Shown here piece after piece: positions 56,256-64,000 of a stretch of DNA of 64,000 bases. This DNA comes from an uncultured Nitrososphaeraceae archaeon (GTDB lineage Archaea; Thermoproteota; Nitrososphaeria; Nitrososphaerales; Nitrososphaeraceae). The notes under the pieces are model-generated. The model worked only from the letters and a program-made list of their open reading frames with translations. It was not told where the DNA came from and ran no database searches. Location of the stretch: assembly GCA_963779615.1 (NCBI GenBank), contig CAVZZA010000005.1, positions 512,001 to 576,000 of the forward strand, written 5' to 3'. Numbering within the stretch: the first letter of the stretch is position 1; every line of letters starts with the position of its first letter. The position numbers were made by a program, and so were the translations under genes.

Positions 56256-57644
56256 ATGAAGTCACCAGCTAATCAAAGGGCATTAGTTCTACAAGGCGGA
56301 GGATCGCTTGGGGCTTATGAGGCCGGAGCATATCAAGCACTTTACGAGAGAATCACAAAGAATGACAATGAAAACAATGATGCAGACAGGCCATTTTTGG
56401 ACATTGTAGCTGGAACATCAATAGGTGCGATAAATGCCGCAATAATAGTAAGCTTTGTGCTGGAAAACAACACATGGGAAGGCTCTTCAGAAAGACTAAA
56501 CGAATTCTGGGAATATTTGTCAAAGGAATCATCATGGGATAAGGTTCCTGGTTTCACATACTGGTGGGATTACATGAATAAATACGTTAACAGCAATATC
56601 GCCTCTGGCGAGGCTGCAAGAAGATACTATTCATCAAAAGAGTTTTCGATTAAAGGGGTTCCTTCAGTTTTCTCCCCTTTAATGCCGCATTTGGATACAA
56701 GGTATTTTGACCCTCAAAACACATGGTATCGCTTTGACAGCGGACCTTTAAAGAGAAGCTTGGAGAGATTTGCAAAATTTCCAATATCGACAAGTTTTAA
56801 CGAAGAAGTCCAGCAACCAAGACTTCTTCTCGTTAGCGTGGATGTGGCAGAAGGCGCTGCGGTGACATTTGATAGCTATGTAAGGGAAGATGGCTCGAGA
56901 AAATCCGAATACGGAAAATACATTATTAAAAACGGGAAAGAAATAGGTCATAGTCACATCATCAGGTACAACAACGGAATTACATCAGAACAGGTTATGG
57001 CAAGTGCATCGGTGCCAATCCATTTCAATTATACCACCATGGAGGTTGAAAGTTATGATAACACCACAGGTAACTATACGAAGAATAGTCGATATTTTTG
57101 GGACGGCGGCCTAATGAGCAATACCCCGTTAACACAACTTGTGCTTTTGCACCGCTATTACTGGCTCAAGGTAATGGGTTTAAAAGACACTGTCCCAAGG
57201 CTAGAAATAGGCATAGTCAACGTTCATCCCTCAAGGCAGGATGCAATTCCGATGGACCGTGATAGTGTTTTAAACAGAAATAATGACATAACCTTTTCAG
57301 ACAAAACATCAAAGGAGCAAGAGGCCCTTTTAACCATGTCAGACTATATTGACATGGCAAGAGAGCTGATCAAGATTGCAAAGGACCATGGAGTAAAAGA
57401 TGACGTTATAAACAATTTGTTGAGTAGAAAGACAATTAACCACGGTCTAACAACAAGACCCAGAAAATATATGGATATCCTTAAGGGTCAAATCGAGATA
57501 GGAAAGGTAATACGCATAAATCGCAAAAATGATGAAAACACCATATCAAACAAAATTTTTGACTTTTCATCAAAAACAATTAGGCAGCTAAAGGAAACAG
57601 GGTATAAAAATACAATGGATCTTACTGACGTGGAATTTGATTAG
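56256..57644 (+). CDS. Patatin-like phospholipase (DUF3734-type C-terminus)
   Basis: QGGGSLG, GTSIG, WDGG, K.FDFS. Confidence 0.92.
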   Translation: MKSPANQRALVLQGGGSLGAYEAGAYQALYERITKNDNENNDADRPFLDIVAGTSIGAINAAIIVSFVLENNTWEGSSERLNEFWEYLSKESSWDKVPGFTYWWDYMNKYVNSNIASGEAARRYYSSKEFSIKGVPSVFSPLMPHLDTRYFDPQNTWYRFDSGPLKRSLERFAKFPISTSFNEEVQQPRLLLVSVDVAEGAAVTFDSYVREDGSRKSEYGKYIIKNGKEIGHSHIIRYNNGITSEQVMASASVPIHFNYTTMEVESYDNTTGNYTKNSRYFWDGGLMSNTPLTQLVLLHRYYWLKVMGLKDTVPRLEIGIVNVHPSRQDAIPMDRDSVLNRNNDITFSDKTSKEQEALLTMSDYIDMARELIKIAKDHGVKDDVINNLLSRKTINHGLTTRPRKYMDILKGQIEIGKVIRINRKNDENTISNKIFDFSSKTIRQLKETGYKNTMDLTDVEFD

Positions 57645-57948
57645 AATGATCATACAGTCAATTTCCATATTACGTGACATTAAATGACCGTCTAGGATGA
57701 CGGTAAATCACTTAAATGGGTTATTGCAACACCAAAAAAAATAACAGATTCAAGCATTACAGTTAATCTCATTCAATCTTAAGCAATCCAAAATTACGGA
57801 GGCATTATTGCATTTTAATGGATCTCCAATTTAAGCAACATGCACACCACAAACTTTTGGCAATATAGACATGATTCTCAAATTAACACAAGGGGTTTAC
57901 ATCATGATAAACGTTACCATTTTTCTTGCCTGATGTGTTCCTTTTTTA

Positions 57949-58410
57949 TTAAATCATCTGTTTATAGATCCTACTTAGCAAGAAAAGTATTGCTCCAGTG
58001 GGTACGAAGAGCAAGAACAAAAGTAGCAGATAGTGTTCATCCCCAGGCCCTAACGCAGATCCCACCACCGCTATCCCATAAATTATGATTACTATAGCTG
58101 GAATAACCATTGCCAGTATCAATATCCTAAAGTACCTGTTCATAGTAGCAGACAATTTTGAAGCATTTGAAATACTCAGCCCCAGAATAAACGAAGAGGT
58201 TCCCGTCAGGAATGACACCACTGTCAGGAAATTCTGTGTTGCAGACGTTGCAACACGGGCATCAGTGCCCTCACTGACTGCCATGGCGACTGGGATATGG
58301 AGTAAAATCGACGATATTAGAACAAGCATAACGGGTAATGATAGGATTTGAAGTGTACGCATTTCCATGCCATTGCATTTTGATAGACAATGATTGTAGC
58401 CACTGACCAT
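57949..58410 (-). CDS. Membrane hypothetical protein
   Basis: About 4 hydrophobic segments. Confidence 0.6.
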   Translation of the reverse strand: MVSGYNHCLSKCNGMEMRTLQILSLPVMLVLISSILLHIPVAMAVSEGTDARVATSATQNFLTVVSFLTGTSSFILGLSISNASKLSATMNRYFRILILAMVIPAIVIIIYGIAVVGSALGPGDEHYLLLLFLLFVPTGAILFLLSRIYKQMI

Positions 58411-59304
58411 ATCATATCACCCTAGAGATGAGCCAACAATTTCTTGCAAAACAAGAACCCAAACCGCATAACATCACAGGTTTCTCAAAGCGAACAATCA
58501 TTGTTAAAAATCGAGCAAAAACGTAAAAGAATCTATCAAGTAGGGTCCCAACACCGTACATAGCTAACAGAGCAGCATTAGGCCCTAATAGCATTTTCCT
58601 CCGCATCATGGCCATTGTTGTTGATATATCATCACACATACCCCCTTCCTTCCTCACCATCATAGCCATGGATTTGACTTAAAAACAAGCATGTTATTGA
58701 GAATTCCACAATGCTTTGAACGCATCTGCCCGTTCCATAACTGGGAAAACTACTTTTGACACCGTCCTGTCTATAACCAATAAACCATCCTTCAATTAGG
58801 TTTTTCAAGCATAAAGATGTAAATACAATAACCATGTATTTTCAGGATCCGTAAATTCCATCAAAGATTTGGATATTTAAAATGGTATCGCTATACTCCA
58901 TTCTATATAATAATTGGTGATACGATTATTCCTTTTTTTCAATGTTAGTTTAGATAATTATATGTGAAAATATTATAAATTATATAAATTTCACGACGTC
59001 TGGTGATTTATAAATTGACTGAAAACCAGGCATATGTTTTCTATACTTACATACTTTATAGCAATATTCCTTTCTCTTGACACGGTTATCAACCACCCCC
59101 CCCTCTATCCAGGCAATTTAAAAGAAGCCAACCAATACACATGATCAGAGAAACCCATTTTATAGCCTTTTTTTGATTTGCAAATGCCAAATGTTTGTTT
59201 ATGAGCGTCTCTTTCGGTTGCGGTTAAATAAGGAGCAGGCACAAATCAACATCTTTTAAATAGCCCCATTAATTATTTCTGTAAGAAGGGAATGACGCTA
59301 CAAC

Positions 59305-60183
59305 TTGGGAGCACTTGAAAGTCTTACAGCCATAGTTATCGTGGTAGGGATTATTTCCACCATGTTCTCCATTGGTTTGGGTTTGAATTTAAGGCAGATC
59401 AAAAGCGTGTTATCCAACTATAGTTTGATGGCCCGAGGCCTAATTGTAAACTTCCTTGTCATTCCTGTTGTAGCTTTTGCGCTGACCAAAATAATACCAA
59501 TGGATGAAGTGGTAGCCATTGGCTTTATAGTAGCTTCAGTTTGTGCAGGCGCCCCCTTTGGGCCAAAATTAGCCCAAATAGTCAAAGCCGACGTACCTTT
59601 TGCAGTCACAATGATGGTTGTTCTTTCAGGGTTGACCATCATAGTAACGCCCATATGGCTTTATGTTTTTCTGGGCCCCGCCACATTAAGCGAGGCATCC
59701 ATTGATCCCTTACCGTTGGTTGGCCAGATTATAGTCATATATTTACTGCCCATGATCATCGGGCTTCTCATCAATACAAAATATCCAGCAATGGCTCAAA
59801 AAATCAGGCCTCCGGTGTTAAAGGTCTCAAACGTGACATTCCCAATAACCATTGCTTTGATAGTCATAACAAACATAAGTGGACTTGTATCCCTGTTTGG
59901 TTCGCTGGGAATCATAACAAGCATCATAAGTGTTGTTATCTATGGCTTGCTAGGGTATGTGTTTGGAGGACCCAAAATAGGCACCAAGCACTCACTTGCT
60001 TTTGACTCTGCAATACGCAATGGAGGTCTTGGAATACTCTTGGCTGCACAGGCCTTCTCCCATGAACCAAAGGTGGCGGTCATGGTTGTGGTGTTTGGAA
60101 TAATTCAAACCATTGTTATGTTACCTGTAGCCACACTGCTGGCAAGGCGAAAACCCGCAGAATCGGCTGAAATAACCAAATAA
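59305..60183 (+). CDS. Bile acid:sodium symporter family transporter
   Basis: MFSIGLGL, GAPFGPKL, RNGGLG; about 9 TM. Confidence 0.9.
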   Translation: MGALESLTAIVIVVGIISTMFSIGLGLNLRQIKSVLSNYSLMARGLIVNFLVIPVVAFALTKIIPMDEVVAIGFIVASVCAGAPFGPKLAQIVKADVPFAVTMMVVLSGLTIIVTPIWLYVFLGPATLSEASIDPLPLVGQIIVIYLLPMIIGLLINTKYPAMAQKIRPPVLKVSNVTFPITIALIVITNISGLVSLFGSLGIITSIISVVIYGLLGYVFGGPKIGTKHSLAFDSAIRNGGLGILLAAQAFSHEPKVAVMVVVFGIIQTIVMLPVATLLARRKPAESAEITK

Positions 60184-60466
60184 CCTAATCCTAAATGAAA
60201 AACAGCAACATCAAAAGGAAACTGGTTAGGTTTTAGCACTGATACTTTCTCTTGATATTTGCAGATGAAACACACCACAGGGTATTAAAAAAACGCCCAA
60301 AATAAGCATAGTCTTTCTTTCGCAAAGACTGTTGTGATAGACATTCAACAATAGTAAAAAAAATGTTTTGAATAACAAAACACAAGATGAAACGATATGG
60401 GGAGTGCACCTAAAGTTACAATTATGCATTGTTTCCATCCATCTTTACTGTTTCACCATTGTGGAA

Positions 60467-61861
60467 TCATTCCACATAGTGGTGGTGAATCAGCTGGTCA
60501 TAGAACCTTACAGACTTTATGTTTACGAATTCCAATGATCCGTACCTTGACAACTCTCTTCCAAAACCGCTTTTCTTGACGCCCCCAAACGGAACCCTTG
60601 GATCAGAAATTACCACATTGTTGACAGACACCATGCCAGATTCCACAATATCGGACAGCCTTTCTGCCTGATGGAGGTCTTGAGTCCATATGCTTGCCCC
60701 AAGACCATACTCGGAGTCGTTTGCCATATTGATAGCCTCATCTGCGTTTTCAGCTATAATGATAGGGGCGACTGGGCCAAAAACTTCCTCCTGCACTATT
60801 TTCATATGCGGGGTGACATTCTTAAGAACGGTTGGACTGTAGAAATAGCCCTTGCTTCCTATCTGTTTTCCCCCTGTCAATACTTCAGCACCCTCATTTA
60901 GTGCGTCTTTAACCTGGGAATCTATTTTTTTCAAGCCGCCAGCGTTTACAAGAGGTCCAATGTCCGTGTCATCCGACAACGGGTCTCCCACTTTAAGTTT
61001 CTCCGTTTTTTGGACAAATTTCTCAATAAATTCATTTGCCACACTCTTCACTACAATAAATCGTTTTGATGCTATGCAGCTCTGGCCGCAGTTTATAAAG
61101 CGTCCCATGACCGCACCGCCTGACGCTTTCTCGACATTGGCATCTTCACACACTATAAAGGGATCGCTGCCTCCAAGCTCCAGAACGGTTTTCTTTAGCT
61201 TTGAGGTTGCCCTTTGTGCAACCTTTGAGCCTGCAGGGACACTTCCGGTGAATGTTACAGCGTTAATGTCCGAATCGATAAGCGTGTTTGCGATGCTGGA
61301 ATCACCTATAAGGGTTTGGAAAATCCCATCCGGCAGACCGGCTTTGTTGAAGGTCTTCTCAATCTCAATTCCGCACTGCATTGTGGCACTTGCCGGTTTC
61401 AACACTATGGTGTTTCCAGCTATCAATGAGGGAGCTGCAAATCTAAGGGCCTGCCAATATGGAAAATTCCAGGGCATTATGCTTCCTATAACCCCTAAAG
61501 GCTGAAACTTGATTGTGCTCTTTCTTGCATCGGTGTTAACAACCTCGTCATGAAGAAAAATCCCGCCATTGTCTGCGTAATAATCCATTGCAATAGCGCA
61601 TTTTTCTATTTCAGACCGGGCCTCTTTCATTGCCTTGCCCATTTCATTTGAAGATGTCCTTGCAAGGCCTTCCTTGTTTTTCCTTAACTCCTGGGCCAAA
61701 TCATGAAGGAAATCGGACCTTCCAGGGTTTTTTTTCCACTCTTTGTATGCGTCTCTTGACTTTTTTACCACGGAGTTTATCTCCGCATCCGTCATGATGT
61801 CATAATTGTTAAGAACTTCTTCTGTTGCAGGATTTATGGTGGTTATCTTGGCTGTGCTCAT
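60467..61861 (-). CDS. NAD(P)-dependent aldehyde dehydrogenase, succinate-semialdehyde dehydrogenase family
   Basis: PWNFP, FTGS, LELGGSD, GQSCIA, EEVFGP, PFGGVKKSG. Confidence 0.93.
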   Translation of the reverse strand: MSTAKITTINPATEEVLNNYDIMTDAEINSVVKKSRDAYKEWKKNPGRSDFLHDLAQELRKNKEGLARTSSNEMGKAMKEARSEIEKCAIAMDYYADNGGIFLHDEVVNTDARKSTIKFQPLGVIGSIMPWNFPYWQALRFAAPSLIAGNTIVLKPASATMQCGIEIEKTFNKAGLPDGIFQTLIGDSSIANTLIDSDINAVTFTGSVPAGSKVAQRATSKLKKTVLELGGSDPFIVCEDANVEKASGGAVMGRFINCGQSCIASKRFIVVKSVANEFIEKFVQKTEKLKVGDPLSDDTDIGPLVNAGGLKKIDSQVKDALNEGAEVLTGGKQIGSKGYFYSPTVLKNVTPHMKIVQEEVFGPVAPIIIAENADEAINMANDSEYGLGASIWTQDLHQAERLSDIVESGMVSVNNVVISDPRVPFGGVKKSGFGRELSRYGSLEFVNIKSVRFYDQLIHHHYVE

Positions 61862-62910
61862 GGGTTAATTATCCCTCTGCCGAGAATTTTGCCATTCTTT
61901 AGCATTGTCAACGCCTCCGTTGCCTGGTCAAGTTTAAATCGATTGGAGATAATTGGTTTGATTACCCCACGCTTTGCCAAAGAGACAAGCTCTATCAAGT
62001 CCGTCATGCTACCTGTATAAGATCCAATCAACTTATACGCTTTGGTTGGCATCGAGACTAGGTTTAGTTTTAGTTCACCGCCAAAAAGCCCCACTAACAC
62101 GACCTTCCCTCGCCTTCTGAGCAGCTGCATGTCAGTCTCCACTGTTTTGGAGGAGTTTACAAAGTCAATTACCGCATCCGCACCCAAGTTGCCAGTGAAC
62201 TCCTTAACAGCCTTGATGGGATCTTCGTTTTTTGAGTTGATTGTGTTATCTGCACCATTTTCCTTTGCTGCTTTTAGTTTCCCATCATCCAAATCCATGG
62301 CAATTATTTTTGCGCCAGTAATTGCCTTTGCCAGTTGAATAGCCATCAATCCAAGGCCTCCGGCCCCGACAACTACAACATTGTCATTTGGGGCCAAGCC
62401 AGTATTCTTAACTGCACCATAGGCGGTAAGAGCCGAGCACGATAGGGAGGCACTTGCATCAGAATCCAACTCGCCTGTTTTTACCAGGTACCTGTAACTT
62501 GGCACCAGCAGGTATTCAGAATATCCCCCATCAGTGTAGACGCCTAGTGATCTTGGCTTGTCACAAAGATTTTCCTGGCCGATTCTACATGCAGGACAAA
62601 GCCCCTCGCCTATCCAGGGAAAGACAAGAACCTTTTCATTCACGCTAAAATCCTCTGCCTGCTCACCCATGCTGTCAATCACACCCGCAACCTCGTGTCC
62701 TGGGGTTAAAGGATAGCTTACACCTCTGTCGGTGGTTTTTAAAAGCACTCCTCCGGGACCCTCATATCCCCCTTCCCACAAGTGAATGTCGCTATGGCAA
62801 ACGCCTGATGACTGAACCTTGACAAGCACTTGAGACCCCGTGGGTTTAGGGGTGGGTAGTTCCTGAATTTCAAGAGGCTGGTTTGGTTGAATTATTCTTG
62901 CTGCTTTCAT
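61858..62910 (-). CDS. Zn-dependent alcohol dehydrogenase, overlapping the ALDH start
   Basis: VCHSDIH, GHE, GAGGLG; 4-bp ATGA overlap. Confidence 0.93.
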   Translation of the reverse strand: MKAARIIQPNQPLEIQELPTPKPTGSQVLVKVQSSGVCHSDIHLWEGGYEGPGGVLLKTTDRGVSYPLTPGHEVAGVIDSMGEQAEDFSVNEKVLVFPWIGEGLCPACRIGQENLCDKPRSLGVYTDGGYSEYLLVPSYRYLVKTGELDSDASASLSCSALTAYGAVKNTGLAPNDNVVVVGAGGLGLMAIQLAKAITGAKIIAMDLDDGKLKAAKENGADNTINSKNEDPIKAVKEFTGNLGADAVIDFVNSSKTVETDMQLLRRRGKVVLVGLFGGELKLNLVSMPTKAYKLIGSYTGSMTDLIELVSLAKRGVIKPIISNRFKLDQATEALTMLKNGKILGRGIINP

Positions 62911-63583
62911 AATGAAGGGTCGTTCTTTCTATTATATTAGAATTAATCATTTCATAATTATTTTATTTTACCTTGTTTCTTCCTCCTCCTCCTCTTAATC
63001 CTCCTCTACTACTACAGGGCATCTGCCATGTAGCATCATCACCTGCAGAAAAATAATTTGGTGACAGGCTCAGGATTTACCTAGGCAAAACAGACACAGT
63101 TATTCATCTGTCACACCTCATTTCTCTACAGCATGAATTGATTGGGACACACCAGTTCTTACTCACTACCAAACGCCCACATTGTGGATCCAGCGACAAG
63201 TGTCAATATAGGCACATTACGCCCTGGCAATTGGCAAAAGGGTCGCCACCATGGATTGGTTAAACGGTTTCATTGGAACCGAAATTTTTTAGTTTCTGAA
63301 GCCTTGCCTTGGACTGGCACACACTCAGCATACGCTAGCTGTTACACCCCTTTCCGCTGCTGCTGCGCCTGCGGGGTATACCACAATGGAATAATTCTCT
63401 GCATGTCCAAAGAACCATCATCTTTTTGTCCATGGAAAAGGAGATGAAAAAATGCCAGAGCAATGTTGCCACTGCGAAACAATGGAGGCAACAACCGCTG
63501 TTTACACCCTCAGGAGATGCAAGGAACACTATCCAACAATAACAATAATAACAATAGCAATTAAAGCACTCATAAAGAAAAAG

Positions 63584-64000
63584 TTGAAAGCAATATTAGT
63601 GGCTGGTGGTTTAGGCACAAGGGCAAAGCCGTTTACCGACTATTCACCCAAGGCTTTAATTCCAATACACGGCCGTCCTGCAATAGACCATCTTGCAAGG
63701 TATTTATCAAAATTTTCTTGCGTTAGCGAAATCATCATAGTATGCGAATTTGATTCTTTTGGCAGGCAGATCATCAATTACTTTGAGGGAAAGGAGAAAA
63801 CCATTGGCAAAAGAATTACATTCATAGAGGACAAAAAGAAGGGAACAGGTGGCTCAATTTTACATGTTGAGGAAAGTGTCAAGGATGACGGGTTCTTTTT
63901 GGTCTGGTTTGCAGACAACCTCTGCGCTTTGCAAATAGGTGGCTTGATAGCAGAATACAACAAAGTAATTGATGAATACAAAAACCAGGTTTTGGGGGTG
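63584..64000 (+). CDS. Sugar-phosphate nucleotidyltransferase (runs off the window end)
   Basis: MKAILVAGGLGTRAKPFTDYSPKALIPI..GTGG..FADN. Confidence 0.9.
   Translation, partial: MKAILVAGGLGTRAKPFTDYSPKALIPIHGRPAIDHLARYLSKFSCVSEIIIVCEFDSFGRQIINYFEGKEKTIGKRITFIEDKKKGTGGSILHVEESVKDDGFFLVWFADNLCALQIGGLIAEYNKVIDEYKNQVLGV

Overview
AT-rich archaeal window. The gene content (phasin-like protein, DUF6659-like roadblock protein, YVTN repeats, TATA boxes close to starts) points to a soil ammonia-oxidising archaeon (Nitrososphaeraceae); this assignment is inference. About 1-50 kb is accessory DNA dense in secreted proteins, IS remnants and pseudogenes, and about 51-64 kb is more housekeeping-like. No rRNA, intact tRNA or CRISPR array was seen. 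The top signal is five direct-orientation recombination-site-like repeats between 0.86 and 8.57 kb. Their 14-bp core GCGGGCCCGGAGGG is the reverse complement of a tRNA 3' end and has conserved non-tRNA arms on both sides. They delimit 1.2-2.9 kb integrase-less gene cassettes, resembling an integron-like or attP-junction cassette array. Also notable: a 2.9-kb composite transposon made of an IS5 (IS903-group) copy and a 140-bp MITE with a perfect 9-bp target duplication, and a pair of secreted proteins with constant N-termini and different Cys-rich C-termini. All alignments were made by eye.
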